Numbered from the stretch's first letter, positions 47,236 to 57,174 are shown. The stretch is 64,000 nt of DNA from an uncultured virus (IMG/VR IMGVR_UViG_3300005336_000021) (IMGVR_UViG_3300005336_000021), one strand, 5' to 3'. Made by a program: numbers and translations. The notes: a model not told the origin generated them from the letters alone.

Positions 47236-47367
47236 TCACCAAATCCCAATCCAACATCGCGAACATGCTTCGCAAGGCCGGTCGGAAGGTGACCGTCATT
47301 GACGCGACGAATCCTCGTGAAGTCAAGGTAAAAGAATTCAAGCCAAAGAAGCAACCACCCAGACCCC

Positions 47368-47934
47368 GTGGACATTGAACAAGAGCAACAGGAGATAGAT
47401 CATCTTCAGTCTCGCCTCACTCTGTCGAAGCAGACAGTCGAGAAGGAAGAGAAGGAACTGAAGATTGCCGAGCAGAAGTTGAAAGACTCTCAGACGGCCC
47501 AAGAGGTCCTTCAGTACCTCGCGCAAGCTGTCCAGCAGAAGGCTCACCAACGCATCAGCGAGGTGGTCAGTTCTTGTCTCTCGACGGTCTTCGAAGACCC
47601 TTATCAATTCAAAATCGAGTTTGAGCGCAAGCGTGGGCGCACAGAAGCGAGCTTGCGCTTCGTGCGTCGAGGATTGGATATCGACCCGATGACCGCTTCG
47701 GGCGGTGGTGCTGTTGATATTGCCGCATTCGCGCTGAGAGTAGCCTGTCTCGTAATGCATCGACCCAGACTCAGCCGCGTGCTAGTGATCGACGAAGGGT
47801 TCAAGTTCGTTTCAGAGCAGTATAGGGAGAACGTTCGGGTGATGCTGGAGGAGCTCGCCAAAGAGATGGACGTTCAAATTATCCAGGTTTCTCATATTGA
47901 AGAGCTCTCAACTGGAAAGGTAGTTGAGTTGTAA
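47368..47934 (+). CDS. SbcC/Rad50-like ATPase, C-terminal half
   Basis: Coiled coil, signature ASGGG, Walker B VLVIDEG, H-loop QVSH; no Walker A. Confidence 0.85.
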   Translation: MDIEQEQQEIDHLQSRLTLSKQTVEKEEKELKIAEQKLKDSQTAQEVLQYLAQAVQQKAHQRISEVVSSCLSTVFEDPYQFKIEFERKRGRTEASLRFVRRGLDIDPMTASGGGAVDIAAFALRVACLVMHRPRLSRVLVIDEGFKFVSEQYRENVRVMLEELAKEMDVQIIQVSHIEELSTGKVVEL

Positions 47935-48109
47935 TGGACCTCAAAGAATATCAGAGAATCCAAGATCAAATGACAAAGGATCTATCAAAAGATCCCATGG
48001 GCAAAGGCCATGTCTATGAAATCGATCTAGAGTGCATGGATAGAGTATGCTCTTGTGGTGCCGTCTTTGGTAGGGGACAGAGATGGAAACAACCATGCCC
48101 AAATAAGAA

Positions 48110-48325
48110 ATGAAGATTCTCCAAGACACCGATCCCATGCCGTTCGGAAAGCACGGGCCCAAAGGTGAAGAGCCCTGCATGATGCAAGACGTCCCTGCGA
48201 GCTATCTTCACTACCTCTGGCACAGCGGACTCAAGAACGAAACGAAGACCTCAAACGTCGCCGACTACATCAAGAGGAACATTGAAGCCCTCAAGAAGGA
48301 ACATACTGACTTGATCTGGGACTAG
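48110..48325 (+). CDS. DUF3820-like small protein
   Basis: MPFGKH...MQDVPASYLHYL. Confidence 0.7.
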   Translation: MKILQDTDPMPFGKHGPKGEEPCMMQDVPASYLHYLWHSGLKNETKTSNVADYIKRNIEALKKEHTDLIWD

Positions 48326-48861
48326 GCGATAGATACCTGAACGATGCTCACACGAGCAGCCCACTCAAAAGCGGTGCTGACATAGCCGGTGGCTGTGACC
48401 CGGATCCGCAGCGATGAATTCCCAACGTCAGCGTCTACCTGGGGATCTCCGAAAGTATTCGACGTGTCGCCCACTATAACCGTCACCGTCAAATGATCAC
48501 CTTGATCCTTCGCGGGATCATAAAGTCCGCCCGTGCTATAGGTGGGGTTGGAGGAATCCCACTTCTGGCCAAGACTCACCGTTCCTGCATCATTGAAGAT
48601 GGCTCCTTCGACCTTCCACACACCAACGAACAACCCAGAAGGAACCTGGAAGCAGAGAATGTCAATCTCAAAAGCCCAAGCCGTGTCCACAGGAACGACC
48701 AACCGCGGCTCTGTCTCATCTGGAATGAGCATCTCGGTTTGGGTGTCATCAATGGTAGACGCTGTGAGGAAGCTCTCCACAGTCATCGCCGTAATCAACC
48801 GATTCAGCTTCGCACGGACCGAACTCCCTGCCTCGTTATTTTCAATTGGTTCAATATTCAT
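48322..48861 (-). CDS. Tail fibre-associated protein
   Basis: N-terminal IENNEAGSSVRAKLN; beta-rich; last gene of tail operon. Confidence 0.55.
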   Translation of the reverse strand: MNIEPIENNEAGSSVRAKLNRLITAMTVESFLTASTIDDTQTEMLIPDETEPRLVVPVDTAWAFEIDILCFQVPSGLFVGVWKVEGAIFNDAGTVSLGQKWDSSNPTYSTGGLYDPAKDQGDHLTVTVIVGDTSNTFGDPQVDADVGNSSLRIRVTATGYVSTAFEWAARVSIVQVSIA

Positions 48862-48862
48862 A

Positions 48863-49003
48863 TCAATCTTTCCACCGAGATTTGTCCACCCACCGGCCCC
48901 TGTCATTCCACGCTCTGGATGAGAGAATCCAAGGATCTGCGACAGTCAATGTGCTGCACCCCGCCAGCAGCATCAAAGCAGTGATGAATTGTCGTCTAGT
49001 CAT
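48863..49003 (-). CDS. 46-aa Tat-type lipoprotein with WxDxGxWxD motif
   Basis: MTRRQFITALMLLAG/C; DPWILSSRAWNDRGRWVDKSRWKD; fills the gap between flanking genes exactly. Confidence 0.6.
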   Translation of the reverse strand: MTRRQFITALMLLAGCSTLTVADPWILSSRAWNDRGRWVDKSRWKD

Positions 49004-51818
49004 CATACCAGAAATCACCATCAACCCAAATGCCGTCATCATCCCAATTCCCATCTTCAAGAATCCAGAAGGTGGTGGTTCCCACTTTCCATGGTCCCTG
49101 CCCGTTGTTGATTCCTGCCACCCTGACGTAAAGGAAGCCGGGCGAGATAGACATCGTGAGACTCGGCCGGACTGGAGTCCCTCGATTCTCCCAATTCTCT
49201 CCATCCACCGAAGTTTGGACGACGTAGCTTTGAGCCCCTAGTGCTGCCGGCCAATTCACTGTGAGCATTAGAGAAGGGATTCTCGTGCGTGTCATGAAGA
49301 GCGCCGAGATGATGGGAAGGTCAGGAATGGTAGGTGGAATGGAAGGAGCAGAGAGGGCAGGAGCCTCTATTTCATCAAAGGAGTGAATGACAGGGGATTC
49401 ATTCACCACTGTAATACGAACCCTCTCACCTCCTTGGGGTTCGATCTTCACCACCCTACCGTATTTGGTGATGTTTCCTGTCTTGCCGAAGAGGAACAGC
49501 ATCGGCTCATTCTGTCCGCCGAGCAAGAAGTCTGGGGGTTCTTCGAGTGTGACAAGGACCTGTTTGGAGTCACCTGTCTTCGTCACTGGAACAGGTCCTT
49601 CAACTTCACCTAGCTTATTCCTCAGAAGAATGTCATAATCGTAACCATCCTCAAACACAACGGGCTCGGACAAATAGAGGAGAAAGTTATCACCTACCTG
49701 ATCCAATGAGACGATATAGCCGGACTGACCCCATTGAGGAAGATCGTGAGAGATAGCAACCAAATCACCAAAGCTCGGCAGGAAGCCTTCCATGCCTGTC
49801 TCGAAGGTGATGTTCTCTCTTAGATAACGTCTCGTTGCGAGCATGTAGAGACCTTCACGGTAGGCGTGTTGGCGGTCTTGTATCCCAGGAAAGCGAATCT
49901 CTTCAGGATGATCAGAGGTGGCATCTGAATCCGGCAGAGTAGCTATAACCTGCTCTTGCTTGTAGCCTGTAGAGACCTCAGTGTATTCGATGGAGACACT
50001 GTCAAAGTCTTCAGGTTCCCATAACTTGATGGACCACTCAAACGAACCCTTGACGATATTGTCAGGAGTGAACATCGTCACTGGGAGATCTAGAGGACCA
50101 TCTCGCTTCATGGTGACGAGCGATCCTACTAGCATCGGCAGCGACCGACCGACCCGAGCTACCATCCTAGCAGCCTCCCAAACTGTCTGTGGGTCTCTGA
50201 ACGTCCAATCAAAATGGTCACCTCGACTCTCAAAGAGGGCGTCGAGCGCCATAAGAGCATCCCAGTCATAGAAGTTTTCATCTGTCAGCCGACCACCGTA
50301 GTGATCGTTTCTGAAGATGTCCACAAAAGCCCAGACGACAGACCGGGTAACAACTGGATCACTGAAACCCCCAGACTCATAGATAGGGAGTTTCCGCGTT
50401 GCAATGACATTGAACTTCCTCTGGGTGTTGGCGTTGAGATTGCTCGTAGCTCTAATCTTCACCGCCAGCATCGTGACGTCTCCATAATCGGGTTCATCAC
50501 CTGCAACGAACCCCCGAAGGCCTTCCCATATCGTTTCGCTGTTCGTCCTCGCGTCAATTGTAGCGGTGCTCGTCCTTCGGGCCCTCACCTCATATCGACC
50601 CAACGGCAATTCGGCTTCTGGCCCCGCTGGTAGGATCTGAACTTTACCACCGCCATCGGGAGTGAAAAGCACATCAGGCCCTGCGTTGGGGTAGGTAAAT
50701 TCTCCTGGACCAACCTCAGTCAAAGTGATTACGGCATCATCATCGTCGAAGCTTGAATCTCCCATGCCCGTGATCTTGACATGCTGCCCAGTGACGAATA
50801 GATCTTGATCAAACCCCGGCCCTATGTAAGCTGTGCCGCCGTCGCGAGATCGGTAGAGGGTAGCGACTGGAACGTAGTTCGCAAATTCACCTTCGCTTGA
50901 ATATGTCCTCCGAATAGGTGTCGTGGTGCCAGCTGTGACAGTCGGGTTGAATAAGGTGAACCAATCCCCTAAAGGACTCCCGGCATCATCGATCAGCCGG
51001 GCTTGGAACTCAACGGTGACTGAGATATTTTCAATTCTCCCCTTGCTGTTCTGGGTGTAAACCCCTCTGGGGAACGTCACGTCCACTTCAATGCGAAAGA
51101 TTTCAGTTCCTGATGGATTAGCAGGAAACGGTCCCACCCAACCATCGGGCAAGGGATAGTTGTCTTCTCCAGGTTGGTAAAGTATCTGTGAAGCAACCTC
51201 AATAGAAGTCTGCACGTTGGCGTGAAACAGAGTGGTGTTCTCTCCCGGAGGGAGGAGTTCCCACTGGACTTCTTCGAAATCTGTGATTGCAGTGTCACCT
51301 ATCTGGATCGCATGAATGTCGTAGATCCCTTGCCCGATGCAGAGCAGCGAATACTGAAACTGATCATTGCCCTGATACCGATAGAAGGGACGGGCAGCAA
51401 AGGAGGGGTAGATCCGATTGCGACCGTAGTTCACCTCAATCGGTTCTCCCAGACGAATCTCATTCTGTTGGCCCTTGATGGAGAACACTGGATCAGAAGC
51501 AGGAAGCGTCCCAGGTATCGGAGGACTCAAAATAAGCGCGAGCACAATCGCGACGATGATGACAATGATGACGACGACCCACGCCCAGCCCGCCACAGCC
51601 ACAAAATTCACGATGTCGTCTGAGCCGATCTCTCTATCCCAATCCCTCCTCATGACTGGCTTCCCATTCAACAAGCAGATGGTGGGGTCAGCAAATTCAA
51701 TGAAACCTGGGTAGGTCATTTGAAGCCAACCCCTGATTGAAATCCCTCCAGGATGGCGATGCTTCTTCAGCCCCTCAAACGGCTGGAAAGGATTCTTGGT
51801 TTCAATGATGAAGGCCAT
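48996..51818 (-). CDS. Tail tip / host-specificity protein (lambda J-like)
   Basis: 940 aa; N.IRLGEPI..YGR, LCIGQG, GRYEVRARR, FGDLVAISHD, FN3-like C-terminus. Confidence 0.85.
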   Translation of the reverse strand: MAFIIETKNPFQPFEGLKKHRHPGGISIRGWLQMTYPGFIEFADPTICLLNGKPVMRRDWDREIGSDDIVNFVAVAGWAWVVVIIVIIVAIVLALILSPPIPGTLPASDPVFSIKGQQNEIRLGEPIEVNYGRNRIYPSFAARPFYRYQGNDQFQYSLLCIGQGIYDIHAIQIGDTAITDFEEVQWELLPPGENTTLFHANVQTSIEVASQILYQPGEDNYPLPDGWVGPFPANPSGTEIFRIEVDVTFPRGVYTQNSKGRIENISVTVEFQARLIDDAGSPLGDWFTLFNPTVTAGTTTPIRRTYSSEGEFANYVPVATLYRSRDGGTAYIGPGFDQDLFVTGQHVKITGMGDSSFDDDDAVITLTEVGPGEFTYPNAGPDVLFTPDGGGKVQILPAGPEAELPLGRYEVRARRTSTATIDARTNSETIWEGLRGFVAGDEPDYGDVTMLAVKIRATSNLNANTQRKFNVIATRKLPIYESGGFSDPVVTRSVVWAFVDIFRNDHYGGRLTDENFYDWDALMALDALFESRGDHFDWTFRDPQTVWEAARMVARVGRSLPMLVGSLVTMKRDGPLDLPVTMFTPDNIVKGSFEWSIKLWEPEDFDSVSIEYTEVSTGYKQEQVIATLPDSDATSDHPEEIRFPGIQDRQHAYREGLYMLATRRYLRENITFETGMEGFLPSFGDLVAISHDLPQWGQSGYIVSLDQVGDNFLLYLSEPVVFEDGYDYDILLRNKLGEVEGPVPVTKTGDSKQVLVTLEEPPDFLLGGQNEPMLFLFGKTGNITKYGRVVKIEPQGGERVRITVVNESPVIHSFDEIEAPALSAPSIPPTIPDLPIISALFMTRTRIPSLMLTVNWPAALGAQSYVVQTSVDGENWENRGTPVRPSLTMSISPGFLYVRVAGINNGQGPWKVGTTTFWILEDGNWDDDGIWVDGDFWYDD

Positions 51819-52215
51819 ACGTTAGGAACTTGATAGTCCTAAATCCCTTCAAACGCAAGAACAGAATTGTCTCGGCGATGACATAGCCAACGTGTTCGTA
51901 GGCATGAACGACCTTGCCTCCGTCCGCATCCGCCCAAACCCCTGCGTGATGTAGTGCGTCGCTCTGGCTCATTGCTACTAGACAACCATCGACGGGCTTT
52001 GCTACCTCCGTCCAGCTCTCCTGCGTCTGAGCTAAGATCTCGCGGCAGACCTCCATAATAGGCTTCTCGGCTATCCCTGGGAGATCTGGAAGAGAGATCC
52101 TCCTCTGCTCCAAGTAAACGAGCTTGACCAGCCCATAGCAGTCAAGCCCTCCAGAATCTCTCCCTCCCAGACGGTAGGGTATCCCAATATATTTAGCAGC
52201 CCAGTGATAACTCAT
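51802..52215 (-). CDS. NlpC/P60 tail assembly protein
   Basis: YIGIPY..GGRD..GLDCYGLV, HAGV, VVHA. Confidence 0.85.
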   Translation of the reverse strand: MSYHWAAKYIGIPYRLGGRDSGGLDCYGLVKLVYLEQRRISLPDLPGIAEKPIMEVCREILAQTQESWTEVAKPVDGCLVAMSQSDALHHAGVWADADGGKVVHAYEHVGYVIAETILFLRLKGFRTIKFLTYGLHH

Positions 52216-52715
52216 CCCAGTGCAGGGAATCTCTTTCGTGTATAGAGCTCAGTTGGAAATTTGCGATTGACGAGATCAATGAAAGTTGCCCTACCTGTCA
52301 CCTGATAGGATGTTATTTGAATGTCTTTCAAATAAAGCACCAGCGGTGGATTCATCTGAGGAACTTCAAGATTGTCACTGACGTAGGGACGAAAGACGAC
52401 CTCCACCGGCACCTCTTCAGCCATGGCTGCTTCTGCAAATCGGCTGGCAACGCGGTCAATGTTATCAACCGCAATGTTCAGGCTTCTGAATCCTTCCTCG
52501 TTCTCTGGTGGAAGCGTGAACTGAAACCCAGAAGGTAGGAAGGTCCTGGTGACATTATTCTCGTCCTTTGCCACGATCCCTTTCGGAGACCTGACGATGA
52601 ATATAGGATCCTGGACTCCTGTTTGACGAATCTCCAGTGTCTCGTAGATGACCTTGTTCGCGGGCGCCACAGCATAGGCCTCCTTAATCGCATCTTCAAG
52701 TGAAGGGTTTGGCAT
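52212..52715 (-). CDS. DUF1833 tail protein
   Basis: AIKEAYAVAP..YETLEI, NRKFP...Y....FPAL. Confidence 0.8.
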   Translation of the reverse strand: MPNPSLEDAIKEAYAVAPANKVIYETLEIRQTGVQDPIFIVRSPKGIVAKDENNVTRTFLPSGFQFTLPPENEEGFRSLNIAVDNIDRVASRFAEAAMAEEVPVEVVFRPYVSDNLEVPQMNPPLVLYLKDIQITSYQVTGRATFIDLVNRKFPTELYTRKRFPALG

Positions 52716-52796
52716 GTCAAATCTGCGCCAGCAATGAGAACAGGACCACCCCTATTCCTACCTGAAGCAGGAGGACGGCGTAGTCTGCTCGTGCCT

Positions 52797-52982
52797 TCAT
52801 CTGTGCAGCGGAGGACCGAACACCTGCCATGCAAGGAGGAGGAGCAACACCAGAAGAACGATGCCCGCGCCCACGAAGCCTGCTCCATGATCCCTCAGCT
52901 TCGCCCTCTGTTGCCACGAGCCGAACAAGCCGAAAACAATCCAGATCAGAAACACTATCCAAAATGCGGTTCCAAGAGACAT
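52797..52982 (-). CDS. Small 2-TM membrane protein
   Basis: MSLGTAFWIVFLIWIVFG...LLLLAWQVFGPPLHR. Confidence 0.65.
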   Translation of the reverse strand: MSLGTAFWIVFLIWIVFGLFGSWQQRAKLRDHGAGFVGAGIVLLVLLLLLAWQVFGPPLHR

Positions 52983-52992
52983 ATGATCCTTT

Positions 52993-53361
52993 CTATGACG
53001 AGATGACACTTCCAGCGGCATACGTGCCGAGCTTGACTCCAATCGGGAGGGTCGCTGTGCTCGGTGACCCAACGGCGGTCGCATCATACACTTCTCCTAT
53101 CACGGGCTTCACCGTCCCTCCCTTGAGGTAATCTGAGACAGTCGTGATTGTGACGACTTGTCCAGTGCCTTGTTTGTTCTCCAGTGCCCACTGATCCTTC
53201 GCACCCTCGATGATCCGAAGGTTGTTGAAGATTGAGTTGAGCTGAGCATTTTCACGAGCCTTCACGAAGTTTGGAATTGCTATCGCGGCGAGCAGGCCGA
53301 TGATGGCGACAACGATCATGATTTCTACGAGGGTGAATCCGGCAGTGTGTTTTGTTTTCAT
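52993..53361 (-). CDS. Type IV pilin-like protein
   Basis: Class III signal G/FTLVEIMIVVAIIGLLAAIAIPNF; NNLRIIEGAKDQWALE. Confidence 0.9.
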   Translation of the reverse strand: MKTKHTAGFTLVEIMIVVAIIGLLAAIAIPNFVKARENAQLNSIFNNLRIIEGAKDQWALENKQGTGQVVTITTVSDYLKGGTVKPVIGEVYDATAVGSPSTATLPIGVKLGTYAAGSVISS

Positions 53362-53366
53362 AGGTT

Positions 53367-54188
53367 TTAATAGACAGCATATTTCGTGTTCAGGTAGTTC
53401 TCAATAGAAGTTCTTTCAGTATCATCAACGGCCCGGTTGTAAACGAGGCAAGCGCCAAAGTCGATATTCAACGGAGTGTAGGCGTTGCCGAGATTAGTAG
53501 CAACCGGCCAGCCACTCGCATAACCCGTGTTGGATAAGGATGGAGAAGTCCCATTCTGCCGGAAGGTCGTGGTGCTATACGTCATGTCACTGGATCGAAT
53601 AATGGTCACAAGTTTGGTGCCTATCGTGATCGTTGTATTCGTATCACGAGCCTGACCCACTCCCACATATTGCATGTGAGTCCAATACTTTCCAGAGCTG
53701 ACATTATTATCAATCTCCCCATAGATGAAAGGGGTTCCCGATCCAGGCTGCCAAGTGATAGGACCTGAGTAAGCGTCACCCCCCGGCCACGTGATCGCAT
53801 TCCACACCATCGCTAGTGTGAGAGCCGAGATTCCTGTCCCGGTGAAATCCAACTGGTCATTGCTTCCGTCGAATCGCACGGATGCCTGTGATCCGAAAAT
53901 CCCGGTCTTGAACAAGGGTCTCTTCGATGAATCAGATTGAGTTGCATCCCGTGAACTTCCGCTCGTGTCCGGCCATGTAGCGACTGCATCACCGTCGTTC
54001 AGACCTACAATGTTGTCGCTCTCCCACCGAGCAATAAGACCTGAAGTGACAGTAAGGGCGTCGCCAGAAGCGACGACTGTGTGCCGAGCGAGCGGACCTG
54101 GGATGATTGTCGTCGCAGCATGAACGAGCGCGGCAGATGGGACGTAAATCAGCCCAGTCTTGATGAACTTGCGCCTAGATAGTTTCAT
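53367..54188 (-). CDS. Tat-signal LamG/ConA-like lectin protein
   Basis: MKLSRRKFIKTG...VHA; W.D.SG, VRFDGSND, VYNRAV...IENYLNTKY. Confidence 0.7.
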   Translation of the reverse strand: MKLSRRKFIKTGLIYVPSAALVHAATTIIPGPLARHTVVASGDALTVTSGLIARWESDNIVGLNDGDAVATWPDTSGSSRDATQSDSSKRPLFKTGIFGSQASVRFDGSNDQLDFTGTGISALTLAMVWNAITWPGGDAYSGPITWQPGSGTPFIYGEIDNNVSSGKYWTHMQYVGVGQARDTNTTITIGTKLVTIIRSSDMTYSTTTFRQNGTSPSLSNTGYASGWPVATNLGNAYTPLNIDFGACLVYNRAVDDTERTSIENYLNTKYAVY

Positions 54189-55222
54189 TGAGTGCTTCCA
54201 TAACTGATGACGAGCGGGCCGGAATAAGCAGCGACAGTGGATGTGTCATTCGCTCCATCTCTATTGACACGAATCACCCAAAGCCGGCCCGCTGTGACAT
54301 TTGACTTCCAATCGGTCAGTGTGACATTGCTCACCGTTTCAACGTCACCTGAAGCGCCGGAAGCATCAGCGCCGATGTCAATGGCTACCCACTGACCCAA
54401 TGTAGGTGAATCGTAACCTGCTGAATCGGCGACACTAGCCATCGCGATGTTGTATTTATGCGCCGAAGTATCAGTGTTGCTCAGCCTGATCTTCCACCGC
54501 TCCACCTTCAGATCGACGGCTGTGTCAATGTCTTCAGGAACAGTGAGACGGTATTCAACGAAATTAGCATTCGTCGCTGCCGTGCCAGAAAACAAAGCCT
54601 GACCGAAAAACTTCTGAGTGTTGTCATTTGTGGCAATGATGGCCCCGGCTCCGTCACACAAATGAGGAAACGCGAGCACGATGTAGTTCTTCACCTTCAG
54701 CGAGTGACTGCCACCATCTGCTGTCGTCGTGATCGTCCCAAAACGAGCGGCCGCGAGTGTTCCACTCGACAGATCTCCGGCCGATCGTGTGTCGAGGTCT
54801 GCGAGAGAGCTGCCCGTCTTGCTGACCTTTGCCCACGGTAGCGTAGGAACATCATCTGCTACGATAGCACGCAACCCAACTATCCCAGTCGTTCCATCTG
54901 GAGTAGCGAGAAAGCGATTCGCCGTCTGTCCGGTTGTCGCTGAAATAGCGAGCGTCCCACTGGATGTGACTGGGCTCCCTGACACAGTCAGCCATGACGG
55001 GACGCTCGCGCCAACGCTGGTTACCGTTCCTACCCCTCCTGCTGTGGAGTCCACGTATCCCTTCGTGGCGTAGTCGGTTGACAAAGAAGGAGCCGCCCCG
55101 TTGGTAGCTCTGAGGCCGTTCAGGTTCAGATGACTCTGAAGCTTCCCATTGTTGATGAGTGTTGGAGTTTGCGCGGACACCAGCAACGGAAAAGCCAAAA
55201 GCAAAAGAATGAGATTTTTCAT
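54185..55222 (-). CDS. Sec-signal fibre-like protein
   Basis: MKNLILLLLAFPLLVSA/Q; DYATKGYVD, GTVTSVG...VSGSPVTSSGTLAIS fibre motifs. Confidence 0.7.
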   Translation of the reverse strand: MKNLILLLLAFPLLVSAQTPTLINNGKLQSHLNLNGLRATNGAAPSLSTDYATKGYVDSTAGGVGTVTSVGASVPSWLTVSGSPVTSSGTLAISATTGQTANRFLATPDGTTGIVGLRAIVADDVPTLPWAKVSKTGSSLADLDTRSAGDLSSGTLAAARFGTITTTADGGSHSLKVKNYIVLAFPHLCDGAGAIIATNDNTQKFFGQALFSGTAATNANFVEYRLTVPEDIDTAVDLKVERWKIRLSNTDTSAHKYNIAMASVADSAGYDSPTLGQWVAIDIGADASGASGDVETVSNVTLTDWKSNVTAGRLWVIRVNRDGANDTSTVAAYSGPLVISYGSTQ

Positions 55223-55599
55223 AGGAAGAATAGATGGTAGTGAAGGACGTAGGTGGTTGCATCTGTCATGCCGGTTAGAGCAAAGTCGAAACCATCCGTG
55301 GTGGGAGCGCCGATGATTGCCGCTGCTATGACTCCCCCTCCCACTGGGCTCTGGACAGTCAGCAAGACAGAGGTGGGAGCATCGTCAAGGTCAAGTCCTT
55401 CAACAGATCCATCGCTCACTCCATTCCCAAGAGCGAGAGTCCCGTGAACCCCTGTCGCCGTGTCAATGAAAGTCGCTAAGTCCGCGAGCGACATTCTGAA
55501 GTCGTCACCTATATCGTAAGGCGACCTTGTCAGATACAATTCGTCGGTGGCTAAGCCCGGCGCACCATTATCCATTTCATGAATGTTTTTACCCGCCAT
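55219..55599 (-). CDS. Tail-associated hypothetical protein
   Basis: MAGKNIHEM..ATDELY; ATGA coupling. Confidence 0.55.
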   Translation of the reverse strand: MAGKNIHEMDNGAPGLATDELYLTRSPYDIGDDFRMSLADLATFIDTATGVHGTLALGNGVSDGSVEGLDLDDAPTSVLLTVQSPVGGGVIAAAIIGAPTTDGFDFALTGMTDATTYVLHYHLFFL

Positions 55600-56029
55600 A
55601 GGTTACTCCTGATTGAAGGATGTTACCGTCATCCCCCGCCAATAGAATTGGCTCGTTAGATTCACCTGATAGAGCAAGGAAAGTATGAAGATCTGTCACG
55701 ATCTGAAGAGATCCTTTTACCGTCACAACCCCATCCAAATGGGCAGTGGAATACCTTGCTTCCATGAAGGCCACCACCTTGTCCTCTCCGTAGAGTGTGA
55801 TGATAAAAGTCTCCGACCCGTTGCTAAGAGTGTCATCAAAGAACGATTTGAAAGTAACGAACTGATCAACCCTGAAGACCCATTCAACATCACTCACCAA
55901 AAAAGGATTGGTGTAGAAACGGCGCTTGCGAATCCGCCCGCTTTCCATTTCTGTCTGCCCACCCCTTGGGGATGTTTCCACTTGAGAACTCATCATCGGC
56001 AGCGGCAAGGATGATGGCCAATTGTTCAT
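55589..56029 (-). CDS. Distal-tail (lambda M-like) protein, paralog of the 58363 N-terminus
   Basis: WPSSLPLP, TEMESGRIRKRRFY, FKSFF...LSNGS. Confidence 0.65.
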   Translation of the reverse strand: MNNWPSSLPLPMMSSQVETSPRGGQTEMESGRIRKRRFYTNPFLVSDVEWVFRVDQFVTFKSFFDDTLSNGSETFIITLYGEDKVVAFMEARYSTAHLDGVVTVKGSLQIVTDLHTFLALSGESNEPILLAGDDGNILQSGVTYGG

Positions 56030-56070
56030 ATTGCCAGTTAAGACAGGTCAAGTAGACAGGGCAAGCAAAA

Positions 56071-57174
56071 TCATCTGATAGTAAAGTAAGCTGAAAAGAT
56101 AGAACCTTTCACCTCGGCTGGGACCACATCTACAAAACCCCCAAAGTGATGAACTATATTCCGCACAGCCGCCAATCCCATTCCTGTCCCTTTGTCCGGA
56201 GACTTGGTGGTGAAGAAGGGTTGGAAGATGTTTTTCAAGACATCTGGATGGATGCCGCTTCCATCGTCCTCAACACTGATCCTGCAAAATCTTCCTGATA
56301 CGGGGCCTCCGTTCACCGTAGGTTTGTGGTTCGTGAGATTCACATCTTCCCCTTTTAGGATGATGGTCTTGGCTCCTGCATCCCTCGCGTTCACACAGAA
56401 GTTCAAGATCACCTGGCGAATCCCCACAGGGTCAATAGCGAAGACGGCTCCCGTTGTCACTTCAGATTTAATCATAACCCCTGGTATCATCCTGGGCAAA
56501 TCTTGAAGGAATTCTAGGATAACCACCTTCACCGAGACATCGTCCCGGAAGCCATTCCTTCCTGAGACGAAACGCATCATCCTGTTCACCATCTCTACAA
56601 TCCTATCGGCCGACCGCTGAGCCGACTTCAAAAGGGCCATCCTGTTTGCTGGAGTGTATTCCTCAGAAAGATGAAGAACTCCCATTATGGGAGTGAGCAT
56701 GTTCCTCATGTCATGCGCGATTCCAGTGGCCACTTCACCTACCAGTTTCTGACGCTGAACCTCTAGCACCTTTCTCTGAGCCTCAAGAATTGTTTCGTGG
56801 GCTTCAACGAGCTTCCTCTCCCGCTCCCTGTCCCTCAAGGCTTTGCGAATGGCCCACGCTAGACGATGAGGCCTGTCTTTGAGCAGAACGTCATCAACCT
56901 GCTCTAACTCCAAACTAGGGATCATCGAATCATCAATCGTCCCAGAAAGAATCAGGACGGGGATATTGGGCCACTGTTTTCGAACCATCGTGGTCGCATG
57001 AACCCCACCCCAGCCTGGAATGTTGTAATCTAGGATGACGAGGTCAAACCTTTCAACGATAGCCTTCTCAAACTCTGCCTTCGTCTTGACGTCAATCAAT
57101 TCGACATTCTCTGGAAGGTAATGCCGAGTCAGGATGATGTCATTCTCGGAGTCTTCCAGTATCAGAATTCTCAT
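56071..57174 (-). CDS. Hybrid histidine kinase (REC-HisKA-HATPase_c)
   Basis: ILILED, DLVILDYNIP, H-box GIAHDMRN, N-box NFCVNARDA, DDGSGI, FQPFFTTK, GTGMGL. Confidence 0.92.
   Translation of the reverse strand: MRILILEDSENDIILTRHYLPENVELIDVKTKAEFEKAIVERFDLVILDYNIPGWGGVHATTMVRKQWPNIPVLILSGTIDDSMIPSLELEQVDDVLLKDRPHRLAWAIRKALRDRERERKLVEAHETILEAQRKVLEVQRQKLVGEVATGIAHDMRNMLTPIMGVLHLSEEYTPANRMALLKSAQRSADRIVEMVNRMMRFVSGRNGFRDDVSVKVVILEFLQDLPRMIPGVMIKSEVTTGAVFAIDPVGIRQVILNFCVNARDAGAKTIILKGEDVNLTNHKPTVNGGPVSGRFCRISVEDDGSGIHPDVLKNIFQPFFTTKSPDKGTGMGLAAVRNIVHHFGGFVDVVPAEVKGSIFSAYFTIR

Noticed and set aside
52993..57174. Host chromosomal DNA / prophage boundary
   Set aside because: Pilin and kinase are co-oriented, tightly packed or coupled with tail genes and flanked by them on both sides; no integrase or att site seen
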